The translations under genes and the position numbers were made by a program. DNA of 64,000 nucleotides, taken from NCBI GenBank assembly GCA_000004985.1, contig GG738871.1. The stretch is one strand, 5' to 3'. The DNA is from Naegleria gruberi (Eukaryota). Numbering within the stretch: the first letter of the stretch is position 1; every line of letters starts with the position of its first letter. The notes under the pieces are model-generated. The model was not told the origin of the DNA. It was given only the letters and a program-made list of their open reading frames with translations, and did not search any database. Positions 32,061-43,235 of this stretch are shown one piece after another.

Positions 32061-32576
32061 ATGTCATCATTAAAAGAAGGACATCTTTCCAACGATTCTT
32101 TACATCTCATCGTTACTAATTGTCAAGAACCAAAACATAATTCATTCAGAACTACACTACAAAAGAAAGAAGGTGATGAAGTTTTTAAATGCGAAATTGA
32201 TGAAAGTACTGATCAACAAACTTACTCAGTGACTGCCCTGTTGTATTTACATAATGATGGAACATTTGATTATTCTTTGGATGGATATTCTGCTAATGAT
32301 GAAATGGGTTCTACAATTACAAATTCATTCTTTGGGGTGTGGAATCTAGTGGACAATTCTCTAACTCTTACTCCCGTCTACAAACACAAATATCTGAGTG
32401 AAGGTTGGGAATTGATAGACAACAAATATATTGAAATGCATACAGTGAATACCAATAATTATGATGGCAATTCTATTTTGGCATGGAATCCAAGTAACTA
32501 CACAGACACTATTACCTGTTTTTTATATAAGGATAAGAAAGAAGTTGCCACTTTCAAAAAGTTCAGTCAACCATAA
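32061..32576 (+). CDS. Hypothetical protein (171 aa)
   Basis: ATG ORF with coding-like composition. No recognisable domain. Confidence 0.45.
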   Translation: MSSLKEGHLSNDSLHLIVTNCQEPKHNSFRTTLQKKEGDEVFKCEIDESTDQQTYSVTALLYLHNDGTFDYSLDGYSANDEMGSTITNSFFGVWNLVDNSLTLTPVYKHKYLSEGWELIDNKYIEMHTVNTNNYDGNSILAWNPSNYTDTITCFLYKDKKEVATFKKFSQP

Positions 32577-32621
32577 CTCTCAATATCCAAGTGCCTAAAA
32601 GTGGATTAACAAAACTGAAAT

Positions 32622-32694
32622 CGCCCACCGTGGGGGTCGAACCCACGACCACAAGGTTAAGAGCCTTGCGCTCTACCGACTGAGCTAGACGGGC
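32622..32694 (-). tRNA. tRNA-Lys(CUU): tRNA-Lys (anticodon CUU)
   Basis: Minus-strand GCCCGTC-TA-GCTC-AGTCGGT-AGAGC-G-CAAGG-CTCTTAA-CCTTG-TGGTC-GTGGG-TTCGACC-CCCAC-GGTGGGC-G. Canonical cloverleaf with A/B boxes. T-run downstream. Confidence 0.88.
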
Positions 32695-33281
32695 TACACA
32701 TTACCTCAGAAAACTCTCAATAAAATTATTAAGACTTGATAATTATCAAGTAGTAAGTATTTTTCTTGTATAAAGTGAACTGAAAAACTAATTGAAATAC
32801 TGTCTGAATAAAATATTGGAAACAAGAATAAAGTAGACAAATTAATCAACAACCAAAATATCCATTAATAAAACTAATTTATTGCACTTTCAAAATTGAA
32901 AACAATCTCTCACTATCAGCAATCATACTGCGACAAAGATGTTCCGCGAGGAGCAACATATGGTTTGGATGGTTCGATTGCTGTGTTATGGGCCATTCCT
33001 ACCAGTTGTTCTTTTTTCGTTAATTCAATTTATTCAACTATAAGGTTTTATAATTGTTGCAAAGAACAATCACTGGCCATCAATTTTGGCAGCTTTTCTC
33101 AAATTGCAAAGAAAAGTTCATTCGCAACTACAGTAAGTTTTAAAGCAAAACAACTTAAAAAAAATTACAGTTTTCCCGCGCTTCTTATTGTGTTGCAACA
33201 GCCACTGTTTCAATTTTTTATTATTTACTTTATACATTTCATACAAATTAAATAATCGTAAAAAGTAGCAATAGAGTGAGA

Positions 33282-34904
33282 ATGACTAGTATTTTGGAAG
33301 AATCAAGTAAATTGTTTAAGGAACGTAAATATGATGAATGTATTGAATTGATAAGAGATTATTATCCTTCCTTGAGCAGTCCTGAAGATTATAAGAATAC
33401 AGCCTTGTTGTACATGACCAAGGGTTTATGTTCCTTTAATAAGGTTGCAATGAATGGAGGATGTTCTTCCGATGATCATGTGGATTATTTGCTTACTTCC
33501 ATTGGCGATTTTCAACAAGTTGTGGATTACTTTGGTACTTACTGGGAAGAGTCCATGAAGGGAGAAGAATTTGAAACCTTGGTAGGAAAAACTGGTTTTA
33601 TGGACGCTTTTATATGTAAAATTAAGGCTGGATACTTGATCGGAAAGGCCTTGTTGGAAGCTTATAATTTTAATAATGAAATTGATATTGGTAAAGGGAT
33701 TCATGCCACTTCTCTCACTATTGACCATTTGAACAAGTTGAAGGAGGCTCAAGAGCACATCACCAAGGATAGAAAGGCTCCATTTGAGTTGATTGCCCAG
33801 TGTTATTTAATCAAGGGACAATGCCAAACAATCTGGGGTCTTTATCTTGAGGCTGGAGAATCTCTTAATACTTATTTAAAGATCTTGGAAGATGGAAATG
33901 ATTTGAGTGAGGAAAAGAAACAATCTGGGTTAGCAATCGGATATCATCATATGGGTAATTTGAATTATCTTACAGGAAATAATGAAATTGCCATCCAATA
34001 TTATTCCAAATCAATTGATAGATGCGAGAATTTAATGATGATTGACTTTAAACAACACCATGTTGATCATGTTATTGAATCACATTTAAAGAGAGCCAAG
34101 GTATTAGTAAGCTTTATTCTTGAACTCGCTGACCAATCAACTGTCGATGAGGAAAGAATTCATGAATGCTCTGAAATGGTTTGTGAGGATTATGAGTTTG
34201 TCATTAGAAATAGAAAGGAGAAGAACCATCTTTACAAGCTCAAATATTACAGATTCATTTTGAACATGATTGAAAAGCTTGGACACTACATATCTGAGGA
34301 AGACTTGGCACACTTTTATGAAAGAGCCTACTCTTTAATTAATGACTGCTTGGAATACTATGAGAACAATAGCAAATTATATCAAGATTTGGCCAAGTGT
34401 ACCTCCAAGATTGAAGATGAAGACAATTTGGACACAGCTCTGGAACTTTATGACACAAGTATCAAACTAATGACTCTTAATAATCGTGAACTTTCTTTAC
34501 CAATGAAAAAGTTTATTGCTCGTTCCCATTTCGAAAGGGGTGTAATTTATGTACAAAAGGAACAATTAGAAAAGGCTCTCCACGAATTTGATTTGTCGCT
34601 AAATTTCTCTCCAACCTTCCCAGATTCTCTCTATAATAGAGGTATTGTGAAAACTCATTTAGGACAATTAGAAAGTGCCAATGATGATTTTAAAAAGGCT
34701 ACCAACTTCAACCACCAGGATTTGGAAGCATACAGACAGTGGTTTCTCAATCTCAGAAAGGCAGGCAGCAAGAAGGAAGCAGAAAAGATTGCTGAGCATG
34801 TCTTTGAAAAACTTTCCAATGATGAAACACCTCTCGATTTTTACCTTGCAAAGATTGAATCTGGAGAATTAGCAATTGAGCAATCCAAGATTAGAGAATT
34901 GTAA
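33282..34904 (+). CDS. TPR-repeat protein (about 540 aa)
   Basis: The track ORF starts at GTG 33276 and the first ATG is at 33282. C-terminal TPR-like repeats (ALHEFDLSLNFSPTFPDSLYNRGIVKTHLGQLESANDDFKKATNFNHQDLEAYRQW). Confidence 0.6.
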   Translation: MTSILEESSKLFKERKYDECIELIRDYYPSLSSPEDYKNTALLYMTKGLCSFNKVAMNGGCSSDDHVDYLLTSIGDFQQVVDYFGTYWEESMKGEEFETLVGKTGFMDAFICKIKAGYLIGKALLEAYNFNNEIDIGKGIHATSLTIDHLNKLKEAQEHITKDRKAPFELIAQCYLIKGQCQTIWGLYLEAGESLNTYLKILEDGNDLSEEKKQSGLAIGYHHMGNLNYLTGNNEIAIQYYSKSIDRCENLMMIDFKQHHVDHVIESHLKRAKVLVSFILELADQSTVDEERIHECSEMVCEDYEFVIRNRKEKNHLYKLKYYRFILNMIEKLGHYISEEDLAHFYERAYSLINDCLEYYENNSKLYQDLAKCTSKIEDEDNLDTALELYDTSIKLMTLNNRELSLPMKKFIARSHFERGVIYVQKEQLEKALHEFDLSLNFSPTFPDSLYNRGIVKTHLGQLESANDDFKKATNFNHQDLEAYRQWFLNLRKAGSKKEAEKIAEHVFEKLSNDETPLDFYLAKIESGELAIEQSKIREL

Positions 34905-35012
34905 ATTTTAAAATAATACGATATTTCTTTTTCTCTTTAGAGAACTTTCATTGTAATATGCATATTTTTAAATCAAAAAAATAGCTCGACTTGGTTCCTG
35001 ATATTGTTAACC

Positions 35013-36323
35013 ATGAAAAATACCATTTCCATGCAGACAATTGGAGTTCAACAAACAGTTGATTATGTTGCTCCAACAAAATTTGAAACTCTCCAACTCA
35101 ACCTTCCCAACTCACATACAACAACAACAGATGTGAGGAGTATCCATTGTGGTGGTACGTTTTTTGTTGTGAGACCATGGTCATCAAATCGAAAATACTT
35201 TGCGGAGGAGCTCTATGTAAAGTTTACTACTCCATCACCTAGAGGATGCACACATTTACAATCCTTGCTAGGTTCTTCTTCATCATCTGATAGTAGTGAA
35301 AGCTCTGATACAAACCCATTTTATTTATTAGATTATCGATCTGCAATTGACAGGTTAGATTTCGTAAAATGTTATCAAATTGAGAATGTTTATTGTACAC
35401 AGGCATACATTATATTACAAATGGAGAATAATTTGCTGTTGGGATTTGGTCACGATACAGAACATGCATTTTATTGCAAGAAATTTATGGATGATGGAAT
35501 TAGAGAGATTACGTGTGGACCACTCTCTTTTCAAATTCTTGTTTGTGGAAATGATGGAATGGGTTATTATTTCAGAGTGGATGCTCCTACATTTTTAGAG
35601 GATGAAAAGTTCCATTTGGATTTCACTAAAAGAAAATATATCACGGCTGCAGTGAGTGGAAGATCAACATTTGTAGTTTATGAAAATGAGGATGGATCTC
35701 ATCACATTTTGAGTCACGGCGACGATCAATTTCGTATACAGAGTGGTCAACCTTCTGAAGATAAATTCTCTGAATTGGAAACACCATTTGATGGAAGAAG
35801 AATCCATCAAATTAAATGTGGATATTTTCACACTTGTGTTTTATTAGAAGATGGAGATGTTTACACATGTGGATACAATGCATATGGACAATGTGGAGTC
35901 CCAGGCCCAGATCAAAATTTCATCAAAGTTATCTTTCCATCCTTTCCATTACAACCAACCAATGATCATTTTCCTGCTGTTTATGAAGGTAGTTCAACAA
36001 GTAATCACAAATTCCAACCCACACGAATTATTTGCTCATCAATTGCCACCTTATTCTGCAATAAGGATGGATTTATGATTATTGGTGATCCAGTAACTGC
36101 CTTTTCTCCAAAATATCAATTCTTTCCTTCTGTTGATTGTATCTATTATGCTTTTAATCAGAAGATGAAGAGTAGCCTTTATACCCAAACTGTTGAATGT
36201 GGTGGATGGCATGTTGTAATTTACAACAAGAAGGTTGTGGAAAGTAAAAGTATGATATACTTTTATGATAATTTGAAAAAGATAATTACTGAAACAAGTT
36301 TTTCAGATATTCAAATAAAATAG
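35013..36323 (+). CDS. RCC1-like repeat protein (about 436 aa)
   Basis: The track ORF starts at TTG 35004 and the first ATG is at 35013. RCC1-type repeat signatures (CGYFHTCVLLEDGDVYTCGYNAYGQCGVPG, ...VCGNDGMGYYF). Confidence 0.5.
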   Translation: MKNTISMQTIGVQQTVDYVAPTKFETLQLNLPNSHTTTTDVRSIHCGGTFFVVRPWSSNRKYFAEELYVKFTTPSPRGCTHLQSLLGSSSSSDSSESSDTNPFYLLDYRSAIDRLDFVKCYQIENVYCTQAYIILQMENNLLLGFGHDTEHAFYCKKFMDDGIREITCGPLSFQILVCGNDGMGYYFRVDAPTFLEDEKFHLDFTKRKYITAAVSGRSTFVVYENEDGSHHILSHGDDQFRIQSGQPSEDKFSELETPFDGRRIHQIKCGYFHTCVLLEDGDVYTCGYNAYGQCGVPGPDQNFIKVIFPSFPLQPTNDHFPAVYEGSSTSNHKFQPTRIICSSIATLFCNKDGFMIIGDPVTAFSPKYQFFPSVDCIYYAFNQKMKSSLYTQTVECGGWHVVIYNKKVVESKSMIYFYDNLKKIITETSFSDIQIK

Positions 36324-36435
36324 ACTCCTTTCATCCTTACCACTTAGTATCTTTTATTTCAAAATGTTTGAGTTAAACAAATTCTCGAACAATGAACTTG
36401 AACTTAGTAGAATTTCGAAAAGACAGTAAAAAAAA

Positions 36436-37605
36436 ATGGCATTCGAAGATTTAACCACAATCGTTTTGGATGTTGGTTCATTTCGTGTTAGAGCAGGAAT
36501 TGCAGGAGATGATGAGCCAAAAATTAATATTCCAACTCTTGCATCTCGGAATCCAAAATTTAAATCTACAAAATCTACAAATTTGGAATCCAAATTGACG
36601 AATAATGAACAAGATGATGCTGATACTTATTTGAAAAGGGAATATTTAATTGGATCGGAAATAATTGATTATGAAATAATGAATAATGATGGGAAATTAG
36701 AAATCACAAGTCCATTTGGTGATGGAAAGGAAATTAATGTTGATGTAATGGAAAGGATTTGGAGATTTACATTTGAACAATTAAAAGTTGAGCCAGAGGA
36801 GTGTCCATTAGTGATGATTGAACATGCATTGACTGAAAAGAGAGTTAGAGAGACAAAGATGCAAATCATGTTTGAGTCATTTGGGATTCCAATGTATTAT
36901 TCTGGATATGATTCAGTGATGAGTATGTATGCGAGTGGTAGAGTGACAGGAATTACAGTGAATATGGGATATGAGGAAACTCAAATTGTTCCAGTTTTTG
37001 AAGGATTTGCATTACCTCATGCAATAATGACAATGAATTTTGGAGGACGACAATTGACTGAATACTTAGCTCAAAAATTGAAATTGGATGGGCATAATTT
37101 AACTAATGATCAAGTGAGTCAATTGAAAGAGAAATTGTGTCGTGTAGCTGAGGATTATGATGAAGAATTGAGAACAATAGACAGTGCATCTTTTGAACTA
37201 CCTGATGGAAATGTTATTCAAATTAAGAATGAACGATTGACATGTCCAGAAATTTACTTTAACCCACAAATTTTTCAATCCCAAGAAATTGGTCCAATAC
37301 ACCTTCAAACCTATTCTTCAATTCAGAAGTGTGACATTGATGGAAGAAGATTTTGGTACTCGAACATTCTCCTCACAGGAGCTAGCTCATGTTTCCCTAA
37401 AATGACAGAGAGATTAACCAAGGAAATGGTCTTCTTGTCACCTTCCTCAATGAAAGTCAAGGTGATTGGTGCACCAGAGAGAAATATTCAGGCATGGTTG
37501 GGAGGCTCTATATTGGGATCCATTTCCGCCTCTCAAACGATGTTCATCACACGAGAGGAGTATGAAGAAGTTGGTCCAGTTCTTGTTCATAGGAGGTGTT
37601 TCTAA
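36436..37605 (+). CDS. Actin-related protein (Arp family, divergent; 389 aa)
   Basis: ATG at 36436. Actin-fold hallmarks: N-terminal IVLDVGSFRVRAGIAGDDEPK (compare actin [21 protein letters not shown]), and C-terminal ...ITREEYEEVGPVLVHRRCF (compare actin SKQEYDESGPSIVHRKCF). Confidence 0.8.
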   Translation: MAFEDLTTIVLDVGSFRVRAGIAGDDEPKINIPTLASRNPKFKSTKSTNLESKLTNNEQDDADTYLKREYLIGSEIIDYEIMNNDGKLEITSPFGDGKEINVDVMERIWRFTFEQLKVEPEECPLVMIEHALTEKRVRETKMQIMFESFGIPMYYSGYDSVMSMYASGRVTGITVNMGYEETQIVPVFEGFALPHAIMTMNFGGRQLTEYLAQKLKLDGHNLTNDQVSQLKEKLCRVAEDYDEELRTIDSASFELPDGNVIQIKNERLTCPEIYFNPQIFQSQEIGPIHLQTYSSIQKCDIDGRRFWYSNILLTGASSCFPKMTERLTKEMVFLSPSSMKVKVIGAPERNIQAWLGGSILGSISASQTMFITREEYEEVGPVLVHRRCF

Positions 37606-38192
37606 TTGTTGGTTAATTGAATATTTTACAAGAATTGCCATATCTAATTGTTAAAACATGATGTAATTCCATTATCACATTATGGAGAAAGAGTGTATTT
37701 TACATGTAATAGTAAAAAATCAAGAGGAACCTCGATAATGATTAAACACTGGAGCTGTCCTTAATAATATTTGTTGATACAATCATATGGAAAAAATAGT
37801 GGCTTCTGCATTTCCATTATTCCTCACCATAGAGGAGTATGAGGATTTCGGGTTGCTAGCCATAAATAGTGGTTTGGATTTCCTTATTGCCCTTTACATA
37901 CCATAAATTGTCGTTTACTGATTTTTGCAACTTTGAATTCAATATTGAAACTTCCACATGACTGGTCTTCCAAATAAGTAAGCATCACCACAACAACATT
38001 AAGGATAATAAATCACAGGCCAATTAAGGAATAGTTGGTATTATTTATTGGTTCCAATAAGCGCAAGATCCACTCACAAAAAGGATTTGTGCTTATTGAT
38101 TGGTTTGTGGTAAGGAAAATTGATCGGTTGGGAGGAAAGGAGGAATTGGTCATTATCATCAGAGGATGCAATGATTAAGAGAAGGTTTCATG

Positions 38193-38540
38193 TTAAGGTT
38201 TAAAGTAACTTCTCATGGACTGGACAGAACGTGATGATGTGAGTTTCTTTCTCTTCTTTTCACCTTCGAGAGCCAAATCATCCTGTGGTAAATTATTCAC
38301 CACTCTCTGCACACAAGTCAATTGGTCAGTTAATTGTCTAGTCGATTTGTTATTCACAGTTCTTAAATTATCCATCTTATTCACTGTCATTTCATGTAAG
38401 GCAGCCTGAAATTCGAGCTTTCTCTGCGAATAACTCTTCTTAGAGATTGGGCTCAACATTGGAGCATCAACTTCGGATGCTGCTGAATCTGAAGATAATG
38501 ATGGATTCTCCATAATTTGAATTTCAACGCTATGACTCAT
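38193..38540 (-). CDS. Small hypothetical coiled-coil protein (115 aa)
   Basis: ATG ORF on the minus strand, isolated in a 2-kb intergenic interval. No domain recognised. Confidence 0.35.
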   Translation of the reverse strand: MSHSVEIQIMENPSLSSDSAASEVDAPMLSPISKKSYSQRKLEFQAALHEMTVNKMDNLRTVNNKSTRQLTDQLTCVQRVVNNLPQDDLALEGEKKRKKLTSSRSVQSMRSYFKP

Positions 38541-39684
38541 TGTTTTGATTTGTTTTTTTTGTGTTTTGATTTTAAAACCTCTTCAACAACAACCAATAAC
38601 TGCTATTCTTCCACAATAACCTTTGTGATTCTTTAATCGCCACATTCGTGTTGATATCAGAATTATTAAGCGTGCCTTAATATGGACCAGATGAACATGC
38701 CCAACAGCAAATCTTAGTACAGTGTATTATATTCAGCATTGTGGTGATGACTGATGAACCTGATTCAAAACATGTTCAACCGTGGAGCTAAACAGCTAAA
38801 AAGTCTTGACTACTATCCGGAGTTTTGAAAGGCCTTAGGTCAAAGAGAAATGATTGTAAAAAGAGTAGGAAATCTGAAGTATGTATACAATCAATACATG
38901 TACTCTTTTTCAATCATCAACAATCTTCATCTAAGGACTGAAACATATTTAAATACTTGCTTCATTCTTCCTCGGTACATGTACGTTCGCATACAGCATT
39001 CCGAGCACCGACTCTTTAATGCTAAAACAAGTCTATTGGCAGGTTGTTGAGCTGTGTCAAATTGAAGAAACTCAGAGATTCATGAATGCAACGTGTTACT
39101 GAAGGAGATAAAGAAATTGCATCCACACTACAATTCTACATGAACCTTCTAAAACAAGTCAGAGCACCCAATATCTTACGACAACGCTTGTTGAACAACT
39201 CACCCCTTTAGCAATGATTTTCTCCAATTTACAACTGGATAGTGTCAGCATTCATCTACAAATATTTCAAAATAGGATACAGCTGCAAGCTCAATTAGTG
39301 CAGCCACAGATTCAAGATAACAGAAAGTTGAGTTTTGTTACCAATTTGTCTCTATTGGTCGTTTTCAATATCGTTGCCATCTTTGCTGCAGTAACATAAA
39401 TTTAAATTGTTTCTATGCATTTCCAATAAGGAAAATTAGATTGGCTTCCAAATAGTCAAGTCATACCCAAGAACCTGCTTTGTATGTATCAAGGACAAAC
39501 TAGGCAAGTATCAATACCGCGTGCAGAAATTAACTGAGCGCTCAATTCGTCCAATCTAATAACCCTTTCACCACTACTTTAGAATATTCAAGAAACAAAA
39601 AAAAAAGTCAACCCCCATCAGTATTGAGAAAGGATAACAATCTCTTTCGAACCATCCCTCTTTCTTCAATCCACGATAAAAAAC

Positions 39685-41121
39685 ATGTCAACCAGTGTTA
39701 CCATAACCTCGAATCCAACAACAACATCTACAACCCAACAACCTATTCGAAAGCGTTCGACTGCTTCTCGAGATGGAAGTGGAGGTATCGAAGTGAATAC
39801 ATGTTGTGGCTCCGTCTCCATGTCCAATACCAAATGTCTGGTTGTAGTTGTTCTCCTTCTCAATATTATTGCATTCTGTGTACTGCTGGCTCTCTTAATT
39901 GATATTTATATTGGAAAAGTCAACCAAAACTTGGAATCCATCACCAAGAGAGGTGATGCTCTATTATATTCTGAAATTCTTTCTTGTAGTTCGAGGATGG
40001 CTGCTTCTTCCTCCAATGAGAATATTACCAAATTCTTCCTCGACAGATATGATGAATATCATCCAAAATATATGGCTCTGATGAATGAAATCATTAATTT
40101 GGTTCCTGCAAGTGCAGTTGGTCAAATTCAAAGTGAAACCAATGAGGCCAACAATATTACAAGGGATGAATCTGTTGTAATGGAGGAAGAGGCCATTAGT
40201 TTAGTAAAGGCAGGTGAAAAGGATGATGCATTGGAAATTTTAGATGGTTCTGAATATGCATCTGAAAAGGAGGATTATGATTCTGATTTAAAGGGATATA
40301 CAGATTATATTCGTACTGAAGAATTGAAAAAGGATGCTCAGACCAATGATAGAACATTGGCTTGTTTGATTCTCATATGTTGTTTGATGGCATTAGTTTT
40401 ACCTGTTGTGGTCATTTCACTGGTGGCCTCCTTCAGTAGAGAAAAGCAAGAACGTGCCAAATTGGAAAGAGCCAAAGCAATTGTTTTGAATGATACAATG
40501 GCAGATCCAAAACTTAAAGAGCTTTTCAAAAAGCATTGTGAGCAAGAGTTCAGTATGGAGAATTTCCTCCTCTTGGAAAGAATTGCTGAATACAAGAGTT
40601 TGTGTGAAAAGAGTTTTGACATTCAAGTATTCCTCTATGATTCTAGTTCTGATGAAGTCTCAACAAATTCTGGAAACACAACCAAGACAAGTGTTTCAAC
40701 ATCAACATCAAATTCTTATTCCAAGGATCCAAGCAAAAAGCCATCAGGCTACAATGAGAAGGATTTGGAATTGGTTGAAAAGCAAAAGAGAGATTTGGCC
40801 CAGAATGTCTTTGACCAATTCTTGAACATTAATGGTATCATGCCTGTCAATGTGAATAAGAAGATTGCTGATGATATTCTGCTTGAAATTCAAACAGCAA
40901 GCAATAGTTTCCAAAATTTAACTTCTCCAACTGATATGGAACTGGGTTCAATTGGTGCTAACACTATCCTCTTGTCAGATTCATTATTTGATGTTCTGGA
41001 GAATGAGGCTCAAATTGTAATGTTAGATACTCACACTAGGTTCAAACAATCACTTGCATTCCAAAAGAAAATGAAAATCGACAGCATTAAGCAAAAGATG
41101 AATAATAATAAGAAAAAGTAG
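39685..41121 (+). CDS. Membrane-anchored RGS-domain protein (478 aa): two predicted TM helices followed by an RGS domain
   Basis: ATG at 39685. TM helices CLVVVVLLLNIIAFCVLLALLIDIYIG and LACLILICCLMALVLPVVVISLVASF. RGS signature KELFKKHCEQEFSMENFLLLERIAEYKSL... Confidence 0.8.
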   Translation: MSTSVTITSNPTTTSTTQQPIRKRSTASRDGSGGIEVNTCCGSVSMSNTKCLVVVVLLLNIIAFCVLLALLIDIYIGKVNQNLESITKRGDALLYSEILSCSSRMAASSSNENITKFFLDRYDEYHPKYMALMNEIINLVPASAVGQIQSETNEANNITRDESVVMEEEAISLVKAGEKDDALEILDGSEYASEKEDYDSDLKGYTDYIRTEELKKDAQTNDRTLACLILICCLMALVLPVVVISLVASFSREKQERAKLERAKAIVLNDTMADPKLKELFKKHCEQEFSMENFLLLERIAEYKSLCEKSFDIQVFLYDSSSDEVSTNSGNTTKTSVSTSTSNSYSKDPSKKPSGYNEKDLELVEKQKRDLAQNVFDQFLNINGIMPVNVNKKIADDILLEIQTASNSFQNLTSPTDMELGSIGANTILLSDSLFDVLENEAQIVMLDTHTRFKQSLAFQKKMKIDSIKQKMNNNKKK

Positions 41122-41226
41122 ATTTTTCCAATGATAGATATTTGGAAAGTAAATTACTGATTAGTGACAAGTAAGAATGTTAGAAAGTTATAGTGTGTTA
41201 ATAAGCTCCAATCATAATCAACAATA

Positions 41227-42567
41227 ATGGAAAGAAGAGGCAACAATAAAAAGTTGACAACCAACAACATTAAACCTTCATTCAAAAAAAACATGTCGAA
41301 GTCGCTTGTTGTTGTTGTTTCGTTCACAGCTGTTGTGTTACTCCTTGCATGCAGTGTATCTGTGATTACATGTTTGTATCCATCCCAAGTTGTTGATATC
41401 GAGAATTGGTATCTGACCCTTCCAATTGGTGATGTTAAAGACCCTACCGACATTTATCAACCAACATTAGCAACCTATTCCATTGATCCATACTTTGTTG
41501 TTGGACCAAATAATAATTCTATTCGTTTTCGTTCAGTCATTTTCAATGAAAGTGTTACAACTGTTGGTTCAAAATATCCAAGATCAGAACTTAGAGAAAT
41601 GGACCCAATCAATCCAGCCAAAGTCAAGATTTCATGGAATAACACAGTTGGTGTCCATACCATGATTATTGACCAAGCCATCACTCACTTGCCAATCACA
41701 AGAGACAGAGTCATAGCAGGTCAAATCCACGATGATAATGAATTCATCTTTACCATCACATTATCTGGCACAACTCTTTACATTAATGCTGCCAATAAGG
41801 CAACTGCTAAGGTCATTACCAAAACCTATCAATTAGGTACAATCTTTAGACTCAAAATTGAAGCACTCAATGGTACTACCAATTTCTACTATAATGACAT
41901 GTCCACTCCAATTTATACTCATCCATTGGTATTTAAGAATTCATACTTTAAGGCAGGTTGTTATGCTCAATCAAATTGTACTGTGGAAGGATCATTGTGT
42001 GGAGATTCAAATAATTATGCAGAAGTGTTGATTTACAATTTGACTACTACTCATGATTATTCATCATCACCATCGTACGTAAATAATTCATCATCCTCAT
42101 CTAATGGAACAATAATTAATAATAATAATGGAACAATTAATTCCAATTCAACCAATAATAATGGTACAATAATTAATAATAATAATGGAACCACTCCGAA
42201 TAATAACAACAATGGTACTATCAATAATAACAATGGAACAATCAATTCAAATTCTACAAATAATTCAACCAATAATAACAATGGAACAATAATTAATAAT
42301 GGTACAACTCCCGATAGTAATAACAATAGCACTAATAATAATAATGGTACAATTATTGATAATGGAGGCTCATCCAATAATAATTCAACAAATACTCCAA
42401 AGGCTTCAACTTCTAATCGGGTTGTTGTGAATATGGCTACTAGTTCTTTCATTCCTCATCATTCATTTGCTAATATTCTGCTCCGATTCATCCTAATGCC
42501 AATACTAGTTTCCTACATTGTCTATTCGCTGGCTTTCCATGATAGTAGCATCTTTCCCACCAATTAA
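41227..42567 (+). CDS. PL7-family (alginate-lyase-2-like) polysaccharide lyase domain protein (446 aa). It has an N-terminal signal/anchor, an Asn/Thr-rich repetitive stalk, and a C-terminal hydrophobic segment (possible GPI signal or TM)
   Basis: ATG at 41227. All three PL7 signatures are present in the right order: RSELRE (R-x-E-L-R), IAGQIHDDN (QIH) and YFKAGCYAQS (YFKAGxYxQ). Hydrophobic N-terminus LVVVVSFTAVVLLLACSV. Stalk of N(n)GTI(N/I) repeats. C-terminal FANILLRFILMPILVSYIVYSLAF. Confidence 0.75.
   Translation: MERRGNNKKLTTNNIKPSFKKNMSKSLVVVVSFTAVVLLLACSVSVITCLYPSQVVDIENWYLTLPIGDVKDPTDIYQPTLATYSIDPYFVVGPNNNSIRFRSVIFNESVTTVGSKYPRSELREMDPINPAKVKISWNNTVGVHTMIIDQAITHLPITRDRVIAGQIHDDNEFIFTITLSGTTLYINAANKATAKVITKTYQLGTIFRLKIEALNGTTNFYYNDMSTPIYTHPLVFKNSYFKAGCYAQSNCTVEGSLCGDSNNYAEVLIYNLTTTHDYSSSPSYVNNSSSSSNGTIINNNNGTINSNSTNNNGTIINNNNGTTPNNNNNGTINNNNGTINSNSTNNSTNNNNGTIINNGTTPDSNNNSTNNNNGTIIDNGGSSNNNSTNTPKASTSNRVVVNMATSSFIPHHSFANILLRFILMPILVSYIVYSLAFHDSSIFPTN
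42090..42400 (+). repeat. Coding minisatellite: imperfect tandem 18-30-nt units (aataataataatggaacaat...) encoding the Asn-rich NnGTI(N) stalk of the PL7-like protein
   Basis: Seen directly. The antisense ORF 42057..42452(-) is a by-product of the repeat. Confidence 0.7.
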
Positions 42568-43235
42568 TTAATTTAAAAATCATAATTATTTTTTAAAAAT
42601 AAAATATTAATCAAAAAAGTGTGATATTATCTTACACTCTTAAATAATATTATATTGTAATGTATTGCTCTGAGTAGTAATCAAATAGAAAGAATAGGTG
42701 CTCCGAACCAGCCGATGAAATATCTCCTCTGAGAGCACTTCTACTCCTCCACAAGGACATTTGGCTAGCCAAATCACAAGTACCAAAGACAATTTCCAGC
42801 ACAATTTCACATTTAGTGCATTCAGTCTCGGTAATAGACAATGTTTAGGAAAGAACTTTGCTCTCTTGGAAGCAACAATGATGTTACAAAAGTACGAACT
42901 CAAATTGTTAAATGATGAAAGTAAGGATCCATTGCACCAATAGACCTACTAATTTGAAAATTCAAAGTCAACTATTGCCTCTCAATGAAAAATGATAATT
43001 ATCTTTTCCTTTTTAAAAACCACAATATTTAACGTTTTACTATTAGAATTCTTGACAATATTGTCAAGAATGTTAAAACTATCGGAATTATTCTAGTAAC
43101 CATTGATCAGACCTACTGTTAAGGTAATGTTATAGTAAGGCATTTATGCAAGATTACTAGATGACTAGAATAATTCTTTTAGAACTTTGAATTTAATCTG
43201 GGGTGGATTTGAAAAATTAAATTTTATATTATACA

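Noticed and set aside
42057-42452. Antisense 131-aa Leu-rich ORF opposite the PL7-like gene
   Set aside because: It is a reverse-complement artefact of the AAT-rich coding minisatellite.
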